A stretch of DNA of 64,000 nt from Amoebophrya sp. A120 (lineage: Eukaryota; Protista; Dinoflagellata): NCBI GenBank assembly GCA_905178155.1, contig CAJINV010000003.1, positions 7,063,612 through 7,127,611 on the forward strand, in the 5' to 3' direction. The first letter of the stretch is position 1; the number at the start of each line of letters is the position of its first letter. Shown piece after piece: positions 11,658 to 23,903 of this stretch. The translations under genes were made by a program, and so were the position numbers. The notes under the pieces are model-generated. The model was not told where the DNA came from and ran no database searches. It saw only the letters and a program-made list of their open reading frames with translations.

Positions 11658-11791
11658 CTTTCTTGATGTTTGCCGCGATCGGAATCAGTAAGGCGAAGTC
11701 GAGCGGTTTCGAACAAGGACGTGGTGGGGCGGCAGACGCCTGAATGTGGTGCTTCGGCACACTGGAGGCCAGAAACGGCTCCTTCAAGTAT

Positions 11792-13040
11792 ACAGTAACT
11801 TGTTTTGTGAGAAATATTACACAGTGCTGAGTCCAAAGTTACTATGGTTTCTTGCTGATTCGCCACCGATATATGACGTGATGACTGTGCTTCGCCGTGA
11901 TACGTAATCGAGACCATTGCTGGACCTTAGCCTCAAACTATTTTGCACCGACCTGGCATAGTATGTTTTGACTGCGCAGCTACTCTGTCCCTTGTGACTG
12001 CACTACTCTGTCCCGCTGCTCTCACGTGCTGGTCGCTATTAGATAGAATTCATTGTGAGAAGATGTTTGCGTTCGCGAGGAGGGCAGGGTGCAGAGATGC
12101 AAGGGCGGTCCTGTCCACCCTGGCCCCTGTTGTAGCCTCATTTCCGCAGCCTAGTGCGGGAGACGGCAGTGGTGATTTCTCCCACCACCGGTTGAACTAC
12201 GAGCACCAGCTCGCAGCCCCTCTGGGCCAGCTGCCAAAGAGCAAGCTCTCAGCAGGAAGATTCTTCCAGCGCATCCAGGACTACCAAGCCCGTTCAGATG
12301 AGCAGCATATCGCGTCCCGCGCCGATGCGCTGGAGAAGATGAAAAGACTGGCAGCGGACTCCGCCCATCTTTCGTCGAAGATCTTGGATGACGCAGATGC
12401 GCCGCCGCATGTCCGCAGCATGCTGGCCGGTTTCAACCTGGGATTCATCAAGAAGCTCGGGGAGATGTTCGGGTACCCCGACGGCAGGATTCATCAAGAA
12501 GCTCGCAGATGAGAGCAGCACTGCTAGCCATTTTCCACTTCGTTTACTGTCATTCCTTTGGTATCTCTGGCTCACCTCCTTGTCCCATCTCTCATGACGT
12601 TACTGTACCACCCACGGACGAAGCATTTCTGTCGCTCCCGTGGCCTGTGGGATTGATATGACGTGCGCGACACTGTGTTTTCCTGCTGTTATGCATACTA
12701 GGTTGCGCCACTGCTGATCTTGATGCCTGACATGCATATTAGGATGTGACGCTGATCATGCTCACAGGCTGCATATTAGGATGGACGACACCCCTTGCGG
12801 TGTCATGGGTTGCTGTGGCTTTGTTGGGACTTGGTGATGTGGCACTCCCCTCTGAGTGCCACCCACGGACGAAACATGGGGGCAAGTGTGCGGCCTCCAA
12901 GCGACGCCCCTGGGGTCCGGCCACCTGTGTGACTATGGGTGGTTCATGCTGACGCATCGGGAAACGGTAGGTAGGATAAGGAGGAGAGAGAAATTATTTA
13001 ACAGTAACTTGTTTTGTGAGAAATATTACACAGTGCTGAG
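11792..13040 (+). mobile_element. Direct-repeat-bounded retroelement remnant (DIRS/Ngaro-like tyrosine-recombinase retrotransposon?)
   Basis: Identical 40-bp repeats at 11792-11831 and 13001-13040. The internal ORF ends in PPHVRSMLAGFNLGFIKKLGEMFGYPD, recalled as similar to the pre-RT region of dinoflagellate YR-retroelement ORFs. No RT or recombinase motifs remain. Confidence 0.5.
12063..12512 (+). pseudogene. Truncated retroelement ORF
   Basis: Coding-like ORF that breaks at a 19-bp duplication GGATTCATCAAGAAGCTCG (12441-12459 and 12487-12505). Confidence 0.45.
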
Positions 13041-13122
13041 CTCCAACACTGGTGTGCCCAGAAACCGGTAGCGAACAGCCCAACGTACGGCGACCGATGG
13101 TGCGACTTTCAAAGCGATCGCG

Positions 13123-14325
13123 AGGACGACGCTGGCGTGCTAGCAGAGCTGCAACTGCAGCAACCGGACGACTTTTATGAACGGACAAAATACAATTTGA
13201 CCCCAAAAAGAGCATATACGGTCACGAGAATGAAACTAGCGACCTACGAGAATGAGGAAGCAAATGGGGCTCCACCCGCTTACAACTTTTCCCGCTCCGG
13301 ACGGGGTAGAGGCTGCACTTTTCATAGGGCTTGTGCCCGTTTTTTCGCGCAAAGCTACCTGTTTTGCGCGCGGTTTTTCTCCGCTCGAGCGGTCGGGTGG
13401 AGAAAAACTGCATTACAAAATTGGAAAACCGGCCGGATGCAGATGCAGCTTTTCTCACCGCAGGAGAAAAGCCGCATCACAAATTCGCAAACTCCGCTTC
13501 CTGCGGTTGGAGAAAGACCGCGCCTCCGGTTCTCCGCATTACAAATGCGGAAAGGTGCCCATTGCCATTGCGTTTGTAATGCGGAGAGCCCGACCTTTCA
13601 AAGGTCGGGCTCTCCGCATTACAAATGCAATGGGCGGAAAGGTCGGGCTCTCCGCATTACAAATGCGGAGTGCGGGGCTCGGGCTCCCCAGAGCTCGGGG
13701 TTCGGGTTGTGGGTAAATGGGGAAAGGGGAAAGCCCGGAGCCTCGGGTTCTCCGCAACCCGGGCTCTTCTCCGCATTACAAATCTTCCCTTTTGCCACAA
13801 ACGGCTGCCGCAGCCGCTGCACACCGTCGCGCGTAACCTTTTGCGCGATGCTATCCCCAAGCAGCAATATTCGCACTTCCGATAGCATCGGGCATGAGGT
13901 TATGCTGCATGGTATCGCTGCGTGCGAATTTCCCTCGCAGCCATACCATGCTGCATTAGGTTGCGCGCGACCTGTGGCTGTCTTTTTCTGCCCCCCTTGG
14001 GCGTGGTGCAGCTTCTTTTTACCCTCAAACACGACCGGACCCCGGGAAAAGTTGTGGTTTAGGGAGGAAGCACAACTTTTCCGCGGACCACCCCAAGCCG
14101 GCCCCGCGGTGCCGCTTCTCCCGCATGAAGCCACGGGGCTGCGCGGGCCCTCGTGCAGTCAATGGTCCAAATTCCCGCGGCGCTCGGTGTTTCGCAAGCA
14201 TACACCTCCGCAGACACGGCCGATTTTTGGCGTTTGCCGTTTTTGCGCCGGGCCCCGAGGGTCCGGTCGCTGGCAAGGACGACGCTGGCGTGCTAGCAGA
14301 GCTGCAACTGCAACCGGACGACTTT
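13123..14325. mobile_element. Non-coding element bounded by ~50-bp direct repeats, with internal motif array and long hairpin
   Basis: Repeats at 13123-13175 and 14276-14325 differ by a 3-nt indel. TCTCCGCATTACAAAT-like motifs occur about seven times. Perfect 26-bp palindrome arms at 13573-13598 and 13600-13625. Confidence 0.6.
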
Positions 14326-14642
14326 GGTATTAGATGTTGTGGTTGATGTAGTTGTGATGTTGTACGAGGACAGCTGCGTTGCGTAGCCTGCTTTTTTTTT
14401 GTTGCAGATTCTTCGTTCGGTTCCTCTTCCCGCAGGAAATGTGAGTCTGCGTTTGTATTTGTTTGTATTCAGGACGTTGAAGTGAAGTCCTTTTCCTCCC
14501 TTTACATTACTTTATATACACTCGCTCCCTGCTCGTACTCGCCGGAAATAAAACAAAATGCTTTTATTTGAAGCTAGGTCCTCGCTCTCGAACTCCAATT
14601 TGTTCGGGAAGTTAGAATCCGGCTAGCCTAGCTGCACTTGTC

Positions 14643-15462
14643 TCATCTGACTAAACACGGCAACCTCGACATCCCTCCAAGACAAGCCCTCGACGATCCT
14701 GATGGATCCATCGTGCGTTCATCATCATTTTCGTGTCCTCCACGTGCTTTGATGCGCACGTTAATACTCTGTAGATACAGCCAGACCCGCCCGCTGGAAA
14801 CGGAACTCCTGCAGTGTGTGATGCAATAAGAGCAAAAGTGGAAGTCAAGTGGGCCGTGGCGAATAACATAACGCCAAAAAATCCTTGTGCCATCAAGCAC
14901 GTAGTACTCATACATTAGTGAGGCACTTCTTGACCGTCGAGTCCACTCTGCTGGAGCCATCGTGAAATTCAGGCACTGTTGTACCTTGAGGAACACACTG
15001 GAGATTCCAAAAAGGGTCGGGTCGATGTCCGAAAAGCCAGCTTTCCTACGTGTCCTCATTACGTGGTATCTGCTTCAACAAGCGACAAGAAACAGACGGA
15101 CGACCTTGAATCAGCGACACGCACAAGAAGCGACGTGAGCGACCGCTGTCCTAGCATGATAAACACGAAGTTTTGGTTTTTTTCAAAGGAAGTTGAAGCT
15201 CAAAACTCAAAGCTCACAACCAAATCAAAGATTTGCATAAACAAAGGCGTCCTTCTTACTAGGTACTGGCTTCTTCTTCTTTATCATAGGATGAAACCGA
15301 ACTGAGCCCGCTGCCCAATGAAGAGCAGCGGACAGTGGCTTCTTGCACGTCCGTCTCTACAACGAACTGCTTGAGCTGCTCAAATGATGACGATAAGGAT
15401 GATGTCGTCGCGATCGCGACGTTGATCATGCAGACAGCAAGTACAACTACAACGACGCACAA
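14643..15462 (-). CDS. Hypothetical protein (possible spliced gene)
   Basis: Minus-strand ORFs 15259-15462 and 14643-15059; no recognised motif. Confidence 0.25.
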
Positions 15463-15587
15463 AAAACCACGTATCGCATCGCCTTATTCTTCTAGAAGCA
15501 TGGTCGTAGAGACGGCTGTACTTTTAAGCACTTCTTCGGATACAAGCTGTCCACTATGACGATGACCGCAGTGCTGTGCGGGCGATA

Positions 15588-18457
15588 TCACTTGAACGGG
15601 AAATCTTTGTGTGCTGCGTCTCTGGCGACCATCTTTCCGTTCTCTTGCACCGAGGGCACGCATCCTCGCCAGTCACAGTCGATGCTCTTTAGGGTGTCCA
15701 TGTCCGCTGCTGATAGCTCCCAGTCAAACACTTCACCTGAAAATCAGAGCATCAAAATATTTCGTGACGTGGTCGGTCTGCTCTTCATTTTTATCTGCGC
15801 CTTTCTTGTCGTAGGCTCTTTGACCGATAAGAACTTTTTGTACTTTGGTACATGTGTACGACGACACTGCGGCGTTGAAGATTGTCATCCCCCTACAACT
15901 TCCTACTTTCGTCGAACAGGAGGAAGTAAAAATGACCATGACGATTAGCATCAGCAAGAAGTAGCTCTACATTAAATACAGGGCTGCAAGGGTTGGTGAA
16001 AAAATGCTGAAAAAGAACAGGCTTTGTATGGTAAGTACTATTGGTCTTGATTCGCTCGGGTGAGACAGATTTTGGGATGCAGATGATGCCCCGGCTGATG
16101 CAGTACTTGATGCAGACTTGCCCCGGGTTTTTGCCATGGGCTTCGGCAATTTTTAGCAGCGCCGGATCCTTCAGTGGTGAAGGCGTGTCTTCCGGACGGT
16201 CGTTGGTGCTGCCGCCCAGCGGCGAATACGCAGTCATCGCGATGCTCTCCTGTTCGCAATACTTCCGAAGCGCTTCCTGCTGCAGAAACGGGTGACATTC
16301 CACTTGCAGAACGGTCGGCCGGACTTGGCACTTTTGCAATATCTGTTGATTATTGAATCCATTGTCGCATTGGAAATCGTTTCACGACTTCCATCACGAG
16401 CATTCATACACTTACATCACTGGAGTCGTGTCTCACTCTCGTCTCCACCCATTTATTTCTAATAACGTACACCCAGATAAAAGCACTTCTACTTGACTTG
16501 TTTATAAATATAGCTGAGGTATCATTTTTGGCGCCGGTGGCAGCATGACCATGACCATGAGACGTCGCTAACCACTACTTGCTGCAATTTCCCCCTTCAC
16601 CCCGAAGGGCGACGCGCTCCTTTCCAAGTAGCTGGCCAGCTTCTTACGTCGTATTTAATTTGGCTACTTACTTGTTGCGCTTTAAATTATTGAAAAAAAC
16701 AAAAAGACTCAGCCCTGTTGGGCTGACTCTCAGCCCGTCAGGGTTAGCGGCCAAGCGCTAGCGTTATCATCAGGATGCCGATGCGGCTACGTTTATATTA
16801 TTAGACATGGACGTCGAACCTGCTCGGGCTCCGACCAATGCGAAAGATGCAAGGAACAAAGCAGGAGATAAGAAGTAAAGGCGCAGTAGTCAGTACGTGA
16901 GCGATTTGTTGTTCGTTGAAGTTGCTGAGGCCGATACACTTGACGAGCTTTTTCTCCACGCACTTTTCTAGCGCTGTCCAGGTTTCCAGGTTGTCAACAT
17001 CGTCGAGTTCCATCCGACCGGTCTCCACAATCTTTGGGAACGCCTTGCCCGCGTCAAAAATGACAGGCTCGCCGGGCGTCCACTTGCAGGCGAAGTCCAC
17101 GGGCCAGTGGATCAGAAACAGGTCTATGTAGTCCAACTGAAGGTCGCGCAGAGAACATTTCAATGCCTCTTCCACAAACTCCTTGCGGTGAAACGTATTC
17201 CACAACTTCCCCGTCACCCAGAGCTCTTCCCGCCTCACCGTGCCATCTGCTATCTTCGCGGCGATCGCTATGTTGTTGCTTTTTACTTTTTCCGAAGATG
17301 TGAAGATTAAAGATTCTAGCAAAGCATCTTCATGCTAAAGAATACTTCGTCCGGACAGACAAGAAGAAACTAGCCGGACCACCCGGGGGGTGCAAGGAAG
17401 GAGCGCTTTGTCGTGCTGAAATACAGAGCTCCATGAACATGTAGTTTACATGAACAACAAATACGAAGCTGCAAACTGAAACAATCAAAATACGGCTCGC
17501 CTTCATGGCGAAAATACATACAATCAGCAACAAAATTTGGTGGACCTCGAAAGAACTACGCTTACCTTTGCCCACCTCGTGCTCGTTACCATACGCGAAG
17601 GCGCAATCGATATGTCGATACCCACAATCGATCGATTATCAAACCGAGATGAAAGACATTTCTTTTGCTCCTGGCGCAACACAGCAAGAACCTCCCTTCT
17701 ATAATGCGAAGTTTTAATAAGTTAGTAAGTCAGCATGAGCATGTGAATCATCTGCTGGAACACAGTATCACCATCACCATTTTTCCTGCACCGTCTTGGA
17801 AGGAGGCGGTCGCCGTTCGGACTCCGCCCGCCTCCTGCCAAGACACACTGACTTTACATCTACTGCCCCCCTGCGGGAGGGGAAAGATGTAACGTCTGAG
17901 GCATGCACGTTGACAATTGGCAATCATTGTGTGTCTATCTCTATGCTCCATCTGCTGGCGCAAAAAAAAAAAACTTTCATCAGCTCCATATGGCAGCTTT
18001 CACAGCGGCTTCCACCTCTCCAACCTTCGACTTCCACGTACCAAGCCCCAGCTTTGGCATAACACACCCTATGAAAGCAACATGTTGAAAATTTGCAAAG
18101 TGAAAATATCAATTTCTGATGCGTGAAAAGCTAGCCCCAAAGGCCCCGCCTTCCAGGGACAGAGAAAGCCAGGAGGCAGATTGTAAGCCTGACAACGCCC
18201 GTGGAAGCGGAAAGGGTTGCTGAAGAGCATGACAGGTGTGCCAGTACAGTTTTTGCGACGAGCAACATGATACAACAATGTCACTCGCAGTGAACCAAAG
18301 TTCTCATGCGCCACTTAGGCGTGAATGTGAAAGGGAGTCTGGTATCGATTTTATGCAAGACAATAAACTGTTTCCACTTTGCAAACTTCCAACCTGGCAT
18401 TTCCGTACACCCATTAGACAGCGTAATAGTTTGCGGATCAGTTTTTAGCACCGTCAT
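15588..18457 (-). CDS. Aldo-keto reductase (AKR1A-like), 6 exons
   Basis: ITLSNGC|VMPKLGLGTWK, IDCAFAYGNE, TGKLW, LIHWP, IGLSNF, QVECHP, AYSPLG, IPKS. The catalytic D-Y-K-H tetrad is intact. Ends DFPFK* at 15588. Confidence 0.93.
17637..17990. mobile_element. Older introner in AKR intron 2
   Basis: TA...TA ends, IR GATGAAAG (17648) / CTTTCATC (17974), decayed TSD. Removing 359 nt restores KAAIDCGY. Confidence 0.6.
18070..18407. mobile_element. Introner in AKR intron 1
   Basis: TA...TA ends and TSD CACCC (18065-18069, 18408-18412). 23-bp IR at 18084-18106 and 18371-18393 (20/23). Removing 343 nt restores SNGCVMP; no GT-AG register exists. Confidence 0.85.
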
Positions 18458-19321
18458 CACGTCTTGAGGTTGATATATACAGTCTTCGTCTTTGAGGAGG
18501 GGCGAGTTAAACATAAAATTGTGCTGGTGCTGCTGTATTTTTTTTTTCGGCTATTTAGAATTGTTCATGTACAGAGATCTCTGCGACGATGCCCTTGTTT
18601 TTTGATCAAGTAGAGAGCGAGCGTTTGGGTGACCTTCCTTCAACATTTTGTATTGTAAGTAGTCGCGTCAATGATCATGATCTCGGCATCCGCATCGGGG
18701 AATGATCTTCAACTACGTTGATTCACATTCAAATAGAAACGGCGTCCTCCTGCTCCTACGTGTCTTCTACGAAGAAAAGTACGACAATGGCGACTGCGAC
18801 GCCAAGCAGTAAAAACAGAAGCAAATCGCATCCGATAAATCAAACACAAACGACTTTGACAGACCGCGGTGTTATGGTGGTGCTTCACTGTTTTCACGCA
18901 GTGACTTCTTGTCAAATTCATTGTGGCGCCTTCGTCTTCTCGGGGTAAGTAGATGATCTACATTTTTTTGGTCTCTTTGGAGGCGGAGTCGAACCAGCTG
19001 CATTTGAAAGTGTCAAGATTGTTGACGCTGTAGCTCTTAGATTTTTGGTTTTGCCGAGGATGAGGTCAAAACCGAAAAGGTACATTTGAAACACAAGAAG
19101 CAAACTGCATGGTGTAAGTGTGTCTTTATTACGATGAAATGCGTAATTTCATTTTGGTTTGTGGATGCTGTGCAAGGGCCTGCTCCTCGAAGCTTGGCAT
19201 CAATCTACACGATGAAGATAGTTGTAGTTCTTGTCGGCTTTATTACATGCGCGACGAGTGTTGATCGCCCATCCCAAAGTGGGTACATCTCGATCTCGCC
19301 CTCCGGCCGCGGTCGCGATCG

Positions 19322-21372
19322 TCACTCGTCCAACCAAGACAGGACCTCTTCGTTTTTTCCGGAGAAAATGCGAAAAGCGTCCACCGACAAGCTGATTCCT
19401 TTCTTTCCCGGGAGCCACTCCCCATCTTTCTCCCAATATTCGCGAATTCCAATGTAGTACTTGCCCATGTACTGCGACAGGGTAAAACGACGCTTATTTC
19501 CCAAATCGATGGAGGTCTCCTCCTGCGCCCCGATCGCTTCCTCCATCGTGGGGTAGCATTCCACTAGCTGTTGTATCATATCAAAAAAAATGAAGATATC
19601 AACTTACATAGCAATGCATGATTTTATTTCAGATACAGATAGCGTTAGCGATGCCTCTACTTTGGTGTAGCTGCCTCCCATGTAACTGCGTCCTCTGTAT
19701 CCATTTACCATTAGTACACTCAGGTAAAAGTTCAAGAATATCCCGGAAGTGCAATTTCGAGACAGCAACAGGTGGTCACATCACGATCAGTTCTCACTTC
19801 ATATTTCATTCAGTCTGTGCAGCCTCCTATTGTCATGATCATGAACATGATCATGTTGATGAAGATTCTGCAGCTTGTTGTATCCTATTTGTCTTTGTAT
19901 ATACCTTCCTGTACAAGTCTGGGGTGAGCGAGATTCCTTTGTTGCCGGGTTTCATTTCTCCGCTGGTCTTGTCCTCGTAATATTCGCGTAAATCGATAAA
20001 GGTCTTGCCTTGGTACTTTGAGAGGGAGCAGCGCTTGCGCCCACCCAGATCGATAAACTTGGCGTCGTCACCAGCGCCTGCAGCGTCGCCGCCCGCGCCT
20101 GCCTTTGCCGCGTTTTTCTTTTGGCGTTTCTGGAGTCAGTATGTTGTTATTTGTTGAACAGTCAGAAAGAAGTGAGAACATCTGAATAAAATGACCTGAG
20201 TTCTTTGCGGCCGTTGGCTTCTGCAAGATTTTCAACAGGACCAGATGCAAAAGAAACACGACCTTCAGCACGACTCGTCCACCAGTACCATTGCTAGTGA
20301 AGTACTAGAATTAGAAACAAGTAGATTTCTGGTGGTGCGCAGCTTTTACCATAAAGAGCCAAAACGAGAAATAAGGAGCGCGCTTGTTCTTTTAAATTGG
20401 GGGGGCAACTACGTTCGTGATTCACAAAAGCTAGCGTCTGTACCGCAGCCGGCTCTTCATCCTCCTCGTCGCCTTCTTCCAGCTCGGTCCGTATGGACAT
20501 GCAAGGTTGGAAATCGACAAATCATGTTACTTAAATAAATCGTCCACAACAAGAAACGTCAGCTATACGGCACGACCTTTCCGGCGGCGCAGATCCAGAT
20601 GTTCTTCACGCAAGCATGTTAGAAATACAGTGCTGGGCCAGGGAAGTGATTTGTCATTGTCGTGCGTGGAGGTCGTGAAGGTAAAATGTTACTAAGTCTT
20701 AGGCACATAGTGCCAGTATTGGAGAGAAGGCAAGAGTACTAGAGGTCGACGACAACTCTAAGCCTGAGTATGGGCACGGACACGGTTTCTGAAGAAACCG
20801 ACAGGAGGAGGAACTGCTTCTGCCCTCGACCTGTCCTTCTCATTGCGATAAACAACATGAGAAAAATCTTCAAATCTTCGAGTCTCGAAATAAAAACGCA
20901 CAAGTACGTACTACAGTTCATTTGATGATTCTGAGGACAATTTCCAACCTGAGGCTTCCATAGTCAGCTGGTCCACTTTGGCTTCCAAAGCTGGGCGAGC
21001 GGTTTGATCCCATTTCTCCTTCGGCAACATCCAACCTTTTTCCTTCGCGTTCCAGCGACCGCCGAGCTCCTTTAGTGTCGCTTTTACGGTCAGAGTGTCT
21101 CCGGTTACGAGAGTCGCATGCAGTTTCCTTAAAGTTGCTTCTGTTGGAATCAGCACATCAGCCTTTTTTTGGTGGAGCTTTTTTTTAACAATAACAGTCC
21201 AACTTACAAGAAGGCCAGGGTCCTCTAGATCAGCAGGGAGTTACAGTTTATTGCTCTCGTATAGGATTCTTCTTTATGTTTATAGATACATGCTGCACAT
21301 GCTTCCTCCATAATGAGAAACGAACATGTCACGCTTTTTTTTCACGTATACTTGGACTTGCTCCAGCCGCAT
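19322..21372 (-). CDS. Protein with two PC4/Sub1 ssDNA-binding domains and an N-terminal GDTxxxKxxLKxLGGRWN domain
   Basis: PC4 motif twice: DLGGRKRCSLSKYQGKTFIDLREYY...KPGNKGISL (~20060-19910) and DLGNKRRFTLSQYMGKYYIGIREYW...LPGKKGISL (~19510-19390), joined by a GT-AG intron. The N-terminal domain is at ~21120-21020; its linkage and the start codon are inferred. Confidence 0.75.
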
Positions 21373-21411
21373 GTTGCTCTTTATAAAAATCCTCCTCGAG
21401 ATAATAAGGAA

Positions 21412-22281
21412 TCACTGTGAAGGTCCACCAGCTTGCACTTTTTCGCGGGCATACATTGACTTCTCGCCGTATTCGGCCCACTTCAGGGAAACCCCCATTT
21501 CGCTGTTGTCTGCCGAAAGCTGCGAGCCCAGGACGTGTTGTTTGTACCCGTTCGTGTTCTGCAGCACTCCAGAATGGAGAAAGGCTTCGCGATATTCCGT
21601 CTCCGCCACGGCGTTATCGATCGCAGACGTGGACCACGCAGCCTGCCCCTGCTCCTCGTTGACGTTGACTACAATTCGAGCGCCTTCCTTATTTGCCTGC
21701 AAGACTGAACTTGACTGCAACTGCTGCCCCTGCTCGTAAGGATCGTCCCGCGGTGCAGTTGTAGATGTAGTTAGCAATCTTGTAGTATTTAGAATGGTCG
21801 TGTTGCCAACTCCAACATCACGCGTAGCCGCCGTGGCTTTTCCACCAACAGATGAAAAGCTAAACGCTCGCGTGTCAATGCCAAGGGCGGGGATGGTTGA
21901 CGTTCCACTCCTTGCGAGTTTCTTTCTCAGAAAACAAGAAGGAGGAGGTGAACTAGTACCAAATAGTCGAGCTACGGGTCGACTGTTGCAGAATATTTTT
22001 TCTGAATCAATACTAGAGTTCTTTTTCTTACAAGGAATTGATGAGTAAGCTCTACTGAAGGAGCTACTTGCTGCAGCAGTTGTCCTGTGTAAGAGTGCTG
22101 AAAAATGACTAGTATGTGTATGCCTCCAAAGCGATGCTGCTCTAACGAAATTAGTCCTGGAAAAATGTGTGTTAATGCAGCTCGAGTTTGGGCCTACACA
22201 AAAGCCCGACCCCTCGATGGTGCCCAGGCTCAGCCGCGTACTTCCGGGTCTGTAGTTCAGCAACAACTTAGAATGCGGCAT
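21412..22281 (-). CDS. Hypothetical protein with possible mitochondrial-type S/R-rich N-terminus
   Basis: 289-aa ORF in the host gene orientation. Confidence 0.5.
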   Translation of the reverse strand: MPHSKLLLNYRPGSTRLSLGTIEGSGFCVGPNSSCINTHFSRTNFVRAASLWRHTHTSHFSALLHRTTAAASSSFSRAYSSIPCKKKNSSIDSEKIFCNSRPVARLFGTSSPPPSCFLRKKLARSGTSTIPALGIDTRAFSFSSVGGKATAATRDVGVGNTTILNTTRLLTTSTTAPRDDPYEQGQQLQSSSVLQANKEGARIVVNVNEEQGQAAWSTSAIDNAVAETEYREAFLHSGVLQNTNGYKQHVLGSQLSADNSEMGVSLKWAEYGEKSMYAREKVQAGGPSQ

Positions 22282-22463
22282 GTTGTTTTCGCAATTGCAT
22301 ACCCTACAGCTACAACTTCATCAGTTTTGAAGTACACTCAAACTCATGGACGTCAAATTCAGCTAGCAGAAAGAGCTTCATTGCAACATTGTTTGAGGCT
22401 TGGAAACTTTATTCTACGGGATCATGGCTATTGCTTGTCAAGAAATAGAAGTGGATATTGATA

Positions 22464-23152
22464 TTAACATACAAATGAGCTCAGCAACCCTACTTTCATC
22501 ATCGTATGGGTAAGGGTAATATCCAGTCCAGCAACGATACTGGCTCGTAGGCACATCAAAAAAGCTGTTTCTGTCATCCCTCGGCACCATACAGCTTCAA
22601 GTAACCACTTCTGAAGCCGAAGCGTACAGAACGACATGAGATCGTGAATGTTGAAATCAATAAGGAGCTCAAGGAGATCATGAAAAGTCTCAAAGCAAAA
22701 ATGATCATCCTCCTGCGTATCATCGAGCTGCACTACGTGCAATTACTTCTTCGGATCCATGAGTCGCATGTTGTCTGTTTCCCCATCACAAACTTCGTCA
22801 CCGTGTGAATATTCAGACTTCAGCATGACTCTAAACTGCCGACGCGTTTCTGACCGCCTGGAACAGGTGCTGCAATGCGAGGAGTTATTTCCTCGGGAAA
22901 AAAACAATGTATGTGCAGCTGTTGTATATACAAAATGGAGTACTGCTCTAGCGATGTGCGTTTCGAACAAAACGAGCACGACTCCTGGCACTGCCCGTCA
23001 TTTAGTGGACTTCGCAATTGAAGGCGTCTGGCCCTGACACGGCACAAAGCTAGAGACTCAGCTGGTGGATTTTTGTGTTGCGGTGAACAGAAACAAGGAA
23101 TCGGACTAGCGCTCCTGCGGCCGGCGCGAAGCAGGCGACACATATTACCCAT
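22464..23152 (-). CDS. Hypothetical spliced protein, weak BTB/POZ-like motif, MGNMC N-terminus
   Basis: RAVLHFVYT followed by a helical LLELLIDFNIHDLMSFC segment; junctions unresolved. Confidence 0.3.
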
Positions 23153-23903
23153 AAAAGTTTCTTCTTTTTGGTCCGACCGGCGGGGAGAACGGTCTGGACG
23201 ATGGTGATGTTTCTATCATCAATTAGATTTCGTCAGGGTTGCAAGTACCGCTACGGTCCGTCGTCGCTTTCAAATAACAATTGACGAAAATGCTGGGGGG
23301 GAAGATGTATCATGTGGTTTGGGTGAGGGTGAATAGTAAAGTGTTGAAGGGTCGTGGGTCGAGTTTCTTCCGTTGAAGCAAGTTGATGCGTGCTCCGGGC
23401 TCGCAAAAACAAAAAGCGGATTGACCCCCCGCCCTCTTCTTGTCCCCTGCTATTGTGTAGCTTTCAAAAAAAACGCAATCGCGATTTCTACCCGAGCAAA
23501 AAAGTGGAGAGATGGAAAACTCAAACTCTGTATCGTGCCAGAGCCAGTCATCTGTGAAAACTAATATAACTTTATCCATCGGGTTGTAATAAAAGCCATT
23601 AAAAACTATTGTGTTTCTGTTTGTTTGTGCGTGCGAAAATAGAAAATGAACATCCGAAGCCGAAGCGTCTCTTCAAAAAAGCAATCCACCAATAACAATG
23701 AACTACATCTTCTCGCGATTCTTCAGGTGAGTTTTGGTTTTCCATGCTAGCAACAATCCGATACAACATCCGCTATAAATATGTGTATCAATATGATGAG
23801 CTTGGCAGCCCCCAAAACCTCCTCCAACGGCACTTGTCCCCCACCCAGCACAACCACCACGCATCCGTATCCGATTCCAAATTCCAGAATTGAGTCAAGA
23901 ATT

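Noticed and set aside
13137-14333. 398-aa ORF
   Set aside because: It runs through a repeat and palindrome array, has a non-ATG start and shows no protein-like motifs.
16709-16726. 7-bp hairpin in an AKR intron
   Set aside because: Too short to be significant; it lies inside a canonical GT-AG intron.
18183-18268. Alternative AKR first exon (MLLVAK...)
   Set aside because: It lies inside the introner; the upstream exon ending ITLSNGC fits the AKR family better.
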